DNA of 64,000 nucleotides from an uncultured Dehalococcoidia bacterium (lineage in GTDB: Bacteria > Chloroflexota > Dehalococcoidia > Lucifugimonadales > UBA1127): positions 614,774 to 678,773 of the forward strand of contig OX638292.1 of the NCBI GenBank assembly GCA_951812285.1, in the 5' to 3' direction. Of this stretch, positions 55,480 through 64,000 are shown piece by piece (position 1 is the first letter of the stretch; every line of letters begins with the position of its first letter). Below the pieces are notes generated by a model, which was not told where the DNA came from, did not search any database, and worked only from the letters and a program-made list of their open reading frames with translations. A program made the translations under genes and the position numbers.

Positions 55480-56658
55480 ATGCTCCGCGCCATGAGCCTG
55501 CCGCCGTCCGACGACGCGCGCACTGCAGCCTTCGTCTACCACGACCGGCTGACGCGCCACGTCCTCAGCGAGACCCACGTCTTCCGCCCCTACCGCCTCC
55601 GCCACACCTACGAGCTGCTGGAGGCGCTCGGAGCGTTCTCGCTGGACAACGCCTCGCTCATGGAGCCCCGGCAAGCGCGCGTCGAGGAGGTGCACACCTA
55701 CCACGTGCCCGCCTACGTGGAGGCCGTCGCGGCCCTGAGCCGCGGCGAGCGTCTCGAGGAGGCGGCGCTCTTCAACTTCGCCGCGGGCGGCCTCGGCGAC
55801 AACCCCGTCTACGAGGGCATGTACGACGCCGCCCTCTGGACGACTGGAGCATCGCTCACAGCAGCGGAGGAGCTCCTGAGCGGCCGGGCCTCGGCGGCGG
55901 TCAACTTCTCCGGCGGCCTGCACCACGCCATGCCCGGCCACGCCTCGGGCTTCTGCATTTTCGACGACCCGGTCATCGCCATCAAGCACATGGTCGCGGC
56001 CGGCGCCCGCGTCGCCTACGTGGACATAGACTGCCACCACGGCGACGGCGTCCAACTAGGCTTCTTCGACACCGACCAGGTGCTCACCATTTCCCTGCAT
56101 GAGTCCGGCGAGTTCCTCTTCCCCGGCACCGGCTTCACCAACGAGATTGGCATCGACGCAGGCCGCGGCTACGCCGTAAACGTCCCCCTCTTCCCCTACA
56201 CCGACGACGAGACCTACCTCTGGGCCTTCCGAGAGGTGGTGCCCCCAATGGTGCAAGCCTTCAAGCCGGACGTCCTCGTCACCCAGCTGGGCATTGACAC
56301 CCACGTCCTGGACCCCATCACGCACCTCCGCCTGACAGTGCAGGGGTACACGCAGGTGGTCAGGGAACTGGCCGCGCTCTCGCCGGGGCGGTGGCTGGCC
56401 CTGGGCGGCGGCGGGTACGACATCGGTGCCGTCATGCGCGCCTGGACGAGAGCCTACGGCGTCATGCTCGGCCACGAGTGGCCGGACACAGCCCCCCCAG
56501 CCTTCGCGCAAACCCACGGCGTACAGCGCCTTGACGACGATGAGCAGGCTCCGCTCCCGGCGGAGGTGGCCGCGCGCGTGCAGGGCTACGCCAGGGAGAG
56601 CATCGCTGCACTGCGGCGGGAGGTGTTCCCGCTGCAGGGGTTGTCGCCGGGGGCGTGA
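55480..56658 (+). CDS. Histone deacetylase-family protein (AcuC-like)
   Basis: GGLHHAMPGHASGFCIFDD and DIDCHHGDGVQ zinc/active-site motifs. Start uncertain (ATG 55480 or 55492). The track ORF start overlaps the tRNA. Confidence 0.85.
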   Translation: MLRAMSLPPSDDARTAAFVYHDRLTRHVLSETHVFRPYRLRHTYELLEALGAFSLDNASLMEPRQARVEEVHTYHVPAYVEAVAALSRGERLEEAALFNFAAGGLGDNPVYEGMYDAALWTTGASLTAAEELLSGRASAAVNFSGGLHHAMPGHASGFCIFDDPVIAIKHMVAAGARVAYVDIDCHHGDGVQLGFFDTDQVLTISLHESGEFLFPGTGFTNEIGIDAGRGYAVNVPLFPYTDDETYLWAFREVVPPMVQAFKPDVLVTQLGIDTHVLDPITHLRLTVQGYTQVVRELAALSPGRWLALGGGGYDIGAVMRAWTRAYGVMLGHEWPDTAPPAFAQTHGVQRLDDDEQAPLPAEVAARVQGYARESIAALRREVFPLQGLSPGA

Positions 56659-56677
56659 GGTTTCCCCAGCAAAGTTA

Positions 56678-56702
56678 AGGGGCCGCCAATCTGGCGGCCC
56701 CT
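56678..56702. terminator. Bidirectional hairpin terminator between acuC-like and dnaK
   Basis: AGGGGCCGCC-AATCT-GGCGGCCCCT, a 10-bp perfect stem. Confidence 0.6.
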
Positions 56703-56734
56703 ATCCGAGCTCTTGCTGATATGACGGTCGGGGG

Positions 56735-58627
56735 TTAGACCTCCCGGAACTCGCCTTCCACGGTGTCATCGGGGTTGGCGTCCGGAGCGTCAGCGCCTTC
56801 AGCGCCCTCAGCGGGGCCGCCGGCCTGCTGGTACACCGCCGAGCCAACGCGCTGCAGCGTCGCGCTGAGCTCGTCGACCATGGTGCGCAGCTTGGCGGGC
56901 TCCTCTGTCGGCGCAGCCTGCTGCAGTGCGTCGGCCTGGGTGCGGACCTCGGTCTTCAGGTCCTCCGGGATCTGCTCGCCCTGCTCGCTGAGCATCTTGT
57001 GGGCGCTGTACGCGAGCTGACTGGCTGTGTTGCGCAGGTCGGCCTCTTCGCGCTTGCGGACGTCGTCCTCGGCGTTCTGCTCGGCCTCGCTCATCATGCG
57101 TTGGATCTCGTCATCGGAGAGACCGGAGCTCTCCTTGATGACGATCTTCTGCTCGCGGTTTGTGGCCTGGTCCTTGGCGGACACACTCAGGATGCCGTTG
57201 ACGTCGATGTCAAAGGTGACCTCAATCTTTGGGATGCCGCGCGGGGCCGGCAGGATGCCGTCGAGCATGAAGCGGCCGATGGAGCGGTTGTCGGTGGCCA
57301 TGGGGCGCTCGCCCTGCAGTACGTGGACCTCCACGCTGCCCTGGTTGTCCGACGCGGTGGTAAAGACCTCCGACTTGGAGGTGGGAATCGTGGTGTTGCG
57401 CTGGATGAGCGCGTGCCGCACGCCGCCCTCGGTCTCGATGCCCATGGTTAGCGGAGTGACGTCGAGCAGCAGGATGTCCTGAACCTCGCCCTTGAGCACG
57501 GCAGCCTGGAGCGCTGCGCCGACGGCAACGGCCTCGTCCGGGTTGACCGAGCGGTTGGGCTCCTTGCCGAAGAGGGTCTTGACCCTCTCGATGACGGCGG
57601 GCATCCGGGTCATGCCGCCCACGACGATGACTTCGTCGATGTTGGCGGAACTCACGCTGGCGTCGGTCATGGCCTGGCGACAGGGCGAGTCCACCCTGTT
57701 GAGTAGCTCCTCCGTCAACTGCTCGAGCTGCGCGCGAGTCATAGTGCGCACTAGGTGCTTGGGTCCTGCAGAGTCTGCGGAGATGAAGGGCAGGTTGATC
57801 TCCGTCTGCGTGACGGAGGAGAGCTCGACCTTGGCCTTTTCAGCGGCCTCCTTGAGACGCTGGAGGGCCATGCGGTCAGCGCTCAGGTCGATGCCAGTCT
57901 CCTGCTTGAAGTCTCGGACAAGCCAATCGACGGTCTTCTGGTCGAAGTCGTCGCCGCCGAGGTGGGTGTTGCCGTTAGTGGAGAGCACTTCATTGACGCC
58001 CTCGCCGATGCGGAGAATGGAGATGTCAAACGTGCCGCCACCGAGGTCGAAGACCGCGACTGTCGCCTCGGCGTGCTTGTCCATGCCGTAGGATAGCGCG
58101 GCGGCCGTCGGCTCGTTGATGATGCGAAGTACCTCAAGGCCGGCGATCTTGCCAGCGTCGGTCGTGGCCTGGCGCTGGGAGTTGTTGAAGTATGCCGGGA
58201 CGGTGATGACCGCCTCGGTAATCTTCTCGCCGAGCTTGGTCTCAGCGTCCAGCTTGATCTTCTGCAATACCTGGGACGCGATCTCCGTGGGAGAGTAGGT
58301 CTTGTCCCCCATGACGACGTGAGCGTCTCCATTCCCGCCTTTTTGGATCTGGTAGGGCAAGAGTTTGACGTCGTCCTGCACAATGGGATCGTTCATGGTG
58401 CGGCCGATGAGGCGCTTGGCGGAGTAAATGGTGTGCTCAGGGTTGACGACGCTCTGCCGCTTGGCGGCGAGTCCGACGTATCGCTCGCCGGTCTTTGGGT
58501 TGACAGCGACCACGGAGGGCGTCAGGCGGGAGCCTTCTGCGTTCTCCAGGATGATGGGCTGTCCAGCCTCCACGTATGCCGCCACGGAGTTGGTGGTGCC
58601 CAAGTCTATTCCGAGTACCCTTGGCAT
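56735..58627 (-). CDS. dnaK: Molecular chaperone DnaK (Hsp70)
   Basis: 630 aa. [27 protein letters not shown], and a typical C-terminal lid. Confidence 0.97.
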   Translation of the reverse strand: MPRVLGIDLGTTNSVAAYVEAGQPIILENAEGSRLTPSVVAVNPKTGERYVGLAAKRQSVVNPEHTIYSAKRLIGRTMNDPIVQDDVKLLPYQIQKGGNGDAHVVMGDKTYSPTEIASQVLQKIKLDAETKLGEKITEAVITVPAYFNNSQRQATTDAGKIAGLEVLRIINEPTAAALSYGMDKHAEATVAVFDLGGGTFDISILRIGEGVNEVLSTNGNTHLGGDDFDQKTVDWLVRDFKQETGIDLSADRMALQRLKEAAEKAKVELSSVTQTEINLPFISADSAGPKHLVRTMTRAQLEQLTEELLNRVDSPCRQAMTDASVSSANIDEVIVVGGMTRMPAVIERVKTLFGKEPNRSVNPDEAVAVGAALQAAVLKGEVQDILLLDVTPLTMGIETEGGVRHALIQRNTTIPTSKSEVFTTASDNQGSVEVHVLQGERPMATDNRSIGRFMLDGILPAPRGIPKIEVTFDIDVNGILSVSAKDQATNREQKIVIKESSGLSDDEIQRMMSEAEQNAEDDVRKREEADLRNTASQLAYSAHKMLSEQGEQIPEDLKTEVRTQADALQQAAPTEEPAKLRTMVDELSATLQRVGSAVYQQAGGPAEGAEGADAPDANPDDTVEGEFREV

Positions 58628-58630
58628 TTG

Positions 58631-59242
58631 TTATGCCTCCTTGCCTTGGTTTGCTTGATATGAATTCTCAGGATCCGGCGTGTTGGTCTTGCCTGATTGC
58701 ACCACTACCTGCGCAGGTCGCAGGACCTTGCCGTTAATGCGGTAGCCCTGGCGCGCCACCTCCAGAATCTCACCTTCCCGACGGCCGACGACGTCGAACT
58801 GGCCGACGACCTCGTGCTCGAAGGGATTGAATACAGCGTCCTCGGCCTCAATACGCTGGAGCCCCTCGGCGGCGAGAATGCCCTGCAGCTTTCGCTCGAT
58901 CAGCCGGAACCCCACGAGCCAGCCGGTTTCGGACTGCGGCGCATCATTGGCCGCGTGGGCGAGAGCGCGTTCCACGTCATCAAGGACGGGCAGGATACGG
59001 AGGATGAGCTGTGCTCCAGCGTTGCCCACAAGCTCCTGTCGCTCTTCTTCGGCGCGTTTGCGATAGTTGATGAGGTCCGCCTGGGCCCGCTGGGCAAGGG
59101 CCCTGAACTGCGCCTTCTCTCGGTCCGACTCTTCCAGGAGCGCTTGAAGCCGCTCCTTCTCGGTTGCCTCCGGCGCGGGTGGGAGGACACCGTCGACGGG
59201 TGTTTCCTCTCCATCATGGGCGCCGTAACTGCGGTCTGGCAT
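58631..59242 (-). CDS. grpE: Nucleotide exchange factor GrpE
   Basis: 203 aa. Coiled-coil N-terminus, LPVLDDVERAL, and a C-terminal beta domain. 3 nt upstream of dnaK. Confidence 0.9.
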   Translation of the reverse strand: MPDRSYGAHDGEETPVDGVLPPAPEATEKERLQALLEESDREKAQFRALAQRAQADLINYRKRAEEERQELVGNAGAQLILRILPVLDDVERALAHAANDAPQSETGWLVGFRLIERKLQGILAAEGLQRIEAEDAVFNPFEHEVVGQFDVVGRREGEILEVARQGYRINGKVLRPAQVVVQSGKTNTPDPENSYQANQGKEA

Positions 59243-59262
59243 CGGTCCCCCTTTGGCAGTGA

Positions 59263-59772
59263 CTATGTTTGTGCTTGGCCGATGGTGCCCTGGTCGCGCT
59301 CCTCGTAGTGGAGCATCTCCAAGACGGATTGCACATGGCTCTCGAGCGCGACAGCTGCGCCGGTCTCACGCTGACTCTCAAGCGCACGCTGCATTTCTTG
59401 CAGGCGCGCGACCATCTCAAGCGCCATCTCCACGCCGGCAAGATTCATGCCGCGTTCCTCCACCAGGTACTTGATCATCCGCAATCTGTTGAGGTCCCGG
59501 TCTGAGTAGTAGCGCACCATGCCCTCGCTGCGAGACGGGTGGACGAGCCCCAGCCGCTCGTACTTGCGAAGGGTCTGTGGATGCATGCGCAGGATGCGCG
59601 CTGTAACGCTGATCACGTAAACGCCGAGTGTCTCCACAGGTTGCTCTTGCGCTGGCGCACCAGCCGGCACGGGCAGTTGTGATGCCCGCCGAGCCTCCAC
59701 ATCGCGGCCCGATGTTGCCGGCGGGAAGACAATTTTCGTGCTGAGTTGAATACGGCGCGTACGGCGCTCCAT
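59263..59772 (-). CDS. hspR: Heat-shock transcriptional repressor HspR (MerR family)
   Basis: 169 aa from the ATG at 59772 (SD AAGGAG). YVISVTARILRMHPQTLRKYERLGLVHPSRSEGMVRYYSDRDLNRLRMIKYL. First gene of the hspR-grpE-dnaK operon. Confidence 0.8.
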   Translation of the reverse strand: MERRTRRIQLSTKIVFPPATSGRDVEARRASQLPVPAGAPAQEQPVETLGVYVISVTARILRMHPQTLRKYERLGLVHPSRSEGMVRYYSDRDLNRLRMIKYLVEERGMNLAGVEMALEMVARLQEMQRALESQRETGAAVALESHVQSVLEMLHYEERDQGTIGQAQT

Positions 59773-59793
59773 CGGCGTCTCCTTGCATATCGA

Positions 59794-59823
59794 ATCATAA
59801 TGCTTGATACGCACCGTGTCAAG
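59794..59823 (-). promoter_or_regulatory. Sigma-70 promoter overlapped by a HAIR-like inverted repeat
   Basis: Minus strand reads TTGACA-N17-TATGAT (plus-strand coordinates 59817-59822 and 59794-59799). The inverted repeat CTTGATAC-N5-GTGTCAAG at 59803-59823 resembles the HspR operator CTTGAGT-N7-ACTCAAG. Confidence 0.65.
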
Positions 59824-59982
59824 TGTTATTATGCTGTCGGGAGCAAAGGGGCGTCAGAACAAAATCGCTACGAAATTCGATACGAAAACATGCATCCTTC
59901 CGGGCGGATGGAACGTTATACATGTACAGAGCGTTAAACAAAGGCATAGAGCGCTAGACGCTCTGGGAAAGGGGAGGTCAAC

Positions 59983-60144
59983 ATGATCTACTTCAAGGCC
60001 TGTCCTAAGTGCAGGGGTGACATTCAGCTACAGAACGATGGCACCGGCGATGCCCTTCACTGCTTGCAGTGCGGATTTGAGCGCGCCGTTGCTCCTCATC
60101 TGCTTGCGAAAGCCCGAGAGATGCGGCGAGCAAAGGCTGCCTGA
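59983..60144 (+). CDS. 53-aa zinc-ribbon small protein (not in ORF track)
   Basis: ATG preceded by GGGGAGG. Translation: MIYFKACPKCRGDIQLQNDGTGDALHCLQCGFERAVAPHLLAKAREMRRAKAA (CxxC...CxxC). Followed by a strong terminator. Confidence 0.55.
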   Translation: MIYFKACPKCRGDIQLQNDGTGDALHCLQCGFERAVAPHLLAKAREMRRAKAA

Positions 60145-60189
60145 CGTTTCGGCTGGATAGGCCGCAAGGCCCCCTGTAGGACGAATCTA

Positions 60190-60214
60190 GGAGGCCCCGG
60201 TCACCGGGGCCTCC
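60190..60214. terminator. Bidirectional hairpin terminator
   Basis: GGAGGCCCCGG-TCA-CCGGGGCCTCC followed by TTCTCTATT. Confidence 0.7.
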
Positions 60215-60230
60215 TTCTCTATTGGCGGTG

Positions 60231-60680
60231 TTAATCAGGCGCAGAGTCCGGGAACCGGAACTCTGGAAGTGAGTCCCAGTTTACCGACGAACTCGCGGTT
60301 GCCGCCAGAGCACTGTGGCAGACTTGGACCTGCGCGAGTATTGCGTCGGTGTCGAGGCCGGCGAAGGTTGGCGTGAATGGTTCGAGGTAGAGAGCCGCTT
60401 GAGCAAGCTGCCGTCCAGCGGGTGGCGGATTCCGGCGTTCCATATGCAAGAGTCCAACGGCCACTTTGATCAGCGCGTAGTGGAAGAGGCGGAGCGGGTA
60501 GGGGGCATCGCGCCAAAGGTCCTCCAGCGACTCGTGGGCGTCCCAGAAACGTCTTTCACGCAAGTGTTCCAGGCTGGGGCTCAATGCCAGGGCGAGCTCG
60601 TTGTGATCGACGTCCGGGGGACCCTCACGTTGGAGCCGACCGAGCCAAAGGGCATCCTGCTCGGGGCGAGAGAGTGTCAC
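60231..60680 (-). CDS. DUF309-domain protein
   Basis: 149 aa from the GTG at 60680, 4 nt after the upstream stop. RERRFWDAHESLEDLWR matches the DUF309 core as I recall it. The longer track ORF overlaps the upstream gene. Confidence 0.6.
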   Translation of the reverse strand: MTLSRPEQDALWLGRLQREGPPDVDHNELALALSPSLEHLRERRFWDAHESLEDLWRDAPYPLRLFHYALIKVAVGLLHMERRNPPPAGRQLAQAALYLEPFTPTFAGLDTDAILAQVQVCHSALAATASSSVNWDSLPEFRFPDSAPD

Positions 60681-60684
60681 GGCG

Positions 60685-61332
60685 CTACCAGCTGAAGCGC
60701 TGCTCCTTCCACGGATCACCCTCCATGTGGTAGCCACGTTGTTCCCAGAACCCGGGCTTGTCGCGCTCCATGAATTCCATGCCGTTAACCCACTTGGGAC
60801 TCTTCCACGCGTAGCGCTTGGGCACCACGAGGCGGAGCGGGCCTCCGTGGTCGGGGGCGAGCGGCGCGCCGTCGTGCCTGTAGGCGAAGAGAACATCGTC
60901 GTCCAAGAGCACGTCGAGTGCGATGTTCGATGTGTAGCCCCCGTAACAGTGGAACATGACGTAGCCAGCGTTGGGCAACGGGTTGATGTGCTTCATGACC
61001 TCATGGATGGAGATGCCCTCCCAGGTGTTGTCGAGGCGGCTCCACGTGGTGACGCAGTGGAAGTCCGCGGTGAGGGCGGTTGGCGGCATGGAGGTGAAGT
61101 CGTCCCATGTCCATTCCAGCTTCTCTTCGACCAAGCCGAAGACACGGAAGCGCCACTTTGCCATGTCGATCCTCGGCGTGCCGCCGAAGGTCAATACAGG
61201 GAACTTATCGGTAAGATACTGTCCTGCGGGGGTGCGTAGCTTGGCGTCCTCAGGCATGGCGCGGTCGACCTCCGTGGCGGTGGATGCGGGCTCATAAGCG
61301 CCGGAGAGCATGTTGGTAAACCATCTGAACAT
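60685..61332 (-). CDS. Cytoplasmic sulfite-oxidase-like molybdopterin oxidoreductase (YuiH-like)
   Basis: 215 aa, no signal peptide. W.F.V.G...FHCVTTWS...GGPLRLVVP..Y.WKS.KWV. Confidence 0.8.
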   Translation of the reverse strand: MFRWFTNMLSGAYEPASTATEVDRAMPEDAKLRTPAGQYLTDKFPVLTFGGTPRIDMAKWRFRVFGLVEEKLEWTWDDFTSMPPTALTADFHCVTTWSRLDNTWEGISIHEVMKHINPLPNAGYVMFHCYGGYTSNIALDVLLDDDVLFAYRHDGAPLAPDHGGPLRLVVPKRYAWKSPKWVNGMEFMERDKPGFWEQRGYHMEGDPWKEQRFSW

Positions 61333-61459
61333 GGGCGTGCCTTTCTGGGGCCTTTAGATTCATCGTAGCGGCGCAGGATAGTGGTGTCAAAGCGTAGTCT
61401 AGTGGGGAGATGGACACCTGAGTTGACCCGTTCCCAGAGAGGGCAGGGACCAGGCGGCG

Positions 61460-62776
61460 TTAAACGTCGCCAGTCAAAAGGTTCATGACCAGCCCCGTGG
61501 GGAGCTTAGGGAGGAAATAGGTGGTCTTGGGTGGGAGGCGCTGGCCTTCGCGGACAAGGGATTCGAAGACGGACATGTCCAACGGCGGGACGAGAAAGGC
61601 CGCCTGGCAGTCGCCGCGCTCAATTTGTGCAAGGAGAACCTCGAGCTCCGGGATGAAATCGACCTGGGCTTGGTCGCCGCTGCTGCCGCCGAGGACCGGA
61701 TCCAACACGGCGCTGTGAAGCAGCCAGGCCTCGCACTGGTACATCTCAGAGGATGGAGCGTGGGGAATCGTGCCGGCAGCGAGATTGCCTCGCAGGGAAA
61801 GGACCGACAGTCGGCCTTCCTCAGGTTCGATAAGGCCAAGGGCCGGCTTGCCCTTGCGGGCGCTCCATGTGGACTCGAGGAATGCGCTCATTCTCTCCGG
61901 ATTCATGCCGCCCAGTGGGCGGGACTCCACGGTGAAGAGGCCGTAGACCTGCTCTTGCAATGCGGAAAGTTTGTCCGGAGACAGGCCAGAGAGGGCGCGG
62001 TGGAAGGAATGGAGCTGCATTCCGGGGTCGTCGAACTCCACGAGGCACATGAGCACGAACTCGGACGCCTGCGTGTCAAGGCGCACGCGTTCTCGGCTTC
62101 GCACATTGTCACGGTAGGCAAGAGCGGTCTCGTAACGGTGGTGACCGTCGGCAATGTAGATTGGGGACGACTTGAGGAGGCCCCGCAGGCGTCCAACGTC
62201 ATCGTCATCGTCGATGAGCCAGAGCTTGTAATTGACGTTGCCGGGGGCCTCGGCGGTGCAACTGGGGTCGCGATTGGCAATGGCCTCCCACAGGAGTGTT
62301 CGGACGCCACCGGGATCGCGGTACATGGCCATGATGGGGCTGAAGTTGGCGCCGCAAGCCTCCATCATGGCCAAGCGGTCTTCCTTGGGGCCCCGGCGGG
62401 TGAATTCGTGGGGGAGGACTATGGCGCGCTCGTACTCTTCGAGGTGGACGGCTGCGAAAACGCTGACGCGTTGCCTCGGACCGGCCTCGGTGGGGTACTC
62501 CTCCTGCATGACGTAGAACGCGGGTCGGCCGTCCTGAGCGAGGACACCCTCGGCGAGCCACGCCTTCAGCTGGGCGGCGGACTGGGAATAGATGTCCGCG
62601 CCGTCAGAATCGGGCTTGGGCGACTCGAGGCGGACCACGTTGTGAGCGCTGCGGGCGAGGAGGTCTTCCCGGCGCTCGGGGTTGATCTCGTCGAAGGGCG
62701 GGCACAGGATGTCGCCGAGCGCGCCGGAACGGTCGGAGTTGAAGCGCATTCCGCGGAATGGACGCACATCTGCCAA
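61460..62776 (-). CDS. DUF1015-domain protein
   Basis: 438 aa. MADVRPFRGMRF start and IADGHHRYETALAY motif, characteristic of DUF1015 as I recall it. Confidence 0.75.
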   Translation of the reverse strand: MADVRPFRGMRFNSDRSGALGDILCPPFDEINPERREDLLARSAHNVVRLESPKPDSDGADIYSQSAAQLKAWLAEGVLAQDGRPAFYVMQEEYPTEAGPRQRVSVFAAVHLEEYERAIVLPHEFTRRGPKEDRLAMMEACGANFSPIMAMYRDPGGVRTLLWEAIANRDPSCTAEAPGNVNYKLWLIDDDDDVGRLRGLLKSSPIYIADGHHRYETALAYRDNVRSRERVRLDTQASEFVLMCLVEFDDPGMQLHSFHRALSGLSPDKLSALQEQVYGLFTVESRPLGGMNPERMSAFLESTWSARKGKPALGLIEPEEGRLSVLSLRGNLAAGTIPHAPSSEMYQCEAWLLHSAVLDPVLGGSSGDQAQVDFIPELEVLLAQIERGDCQAAFLVPPLDMSVFESLVREGQRLPPKTTYFLPKLPTGLVMNLLTGDV

Positions 62777-62840
62777 GAGAGAGCCTCCGGTTGCTGCTGA
62801 GGACAGTATAGGCGAGGCACAGCACGAGATGGTAGCCTAG

Positions 62841-64000
<1,160 letters not shown>

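Overview
GC-rich, gene-dense bacterial chromosomal window. Hand-counted 60-nt lines in core genes are about 68% G+C. I call about 60 protein genes and one initiator tRNA. I saw no rRNA, CRISPR array, transposase, integrase or phage gene. Long antisense shadow ORFs are common because of the GC bias, and I rejected them.

Content from left to right:
- 0.1-3.3 kb: copper-export locus (MerR/HspR-like regulator, YHS protein, CopA).
- 3.5-13.9 kb: housekeeping genes (TSUP permease, Lon, TatA, DAK2/YloV, L28, Rpe), tandem EamA permeases, dienelactone hydrolase, Lin0512-family protein and an FAH-family protein.
- 14-19.7 kb: a compositionally deviant stretch. It holds a 935-aa exported protein that fuses PEP-utilizer swivel-His and ATP-grasp domains to cadherin-like and dockerin-like modules. 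It also holds a 0.95-kb unexplained non-coding gap, an orphan lipoprotein and an orphan cytoplasmic protein.
- 19.9-22.2 kb: a translationally chained DUF1538-DUF1538-PII-like-CBS operon.
- 22-44 kb: a regulator-less oxidative catabolic region with 2 Rieske oxygenases, 3 TPP enzymes, 3 luciferase-like monooxygenases, 2 VOC proteins, an amidohydrolase_2, MFS/GPH transporters, ChrA and a MOSC protein.
- 44.2-50 kb: amtB-glnK, divergent from a CoxM/S/L-type molybdenum hydroxylase operon that ends in a CysO/MoaD-like gene.
- 50-55.2 kb: DUF429-like and DinB genes, a 0.7-kb repeat-bearing gap, RidA, and tandem MetE-like methyltransferases.
- 55.3-64 kb: tRNA-fMet, AcuC/HDAC, the hspR-grpE-dnaK operon with a HAIR-like operator, DUF309, a YuiH-like Mo enzyme, DUF1015, and the 5' part of ligA.

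The best candidates for undescribed biology are the DUF1538/PII-like/CBS operon and the exported swivel-His/ATP-grasp protein with its adjacent non-coding gap.

The gene content suggests a Chloroflexota-like (SAR202-type) aerobe. That is inference only. All family names come from reading motifs by eye, and no database search was possible.
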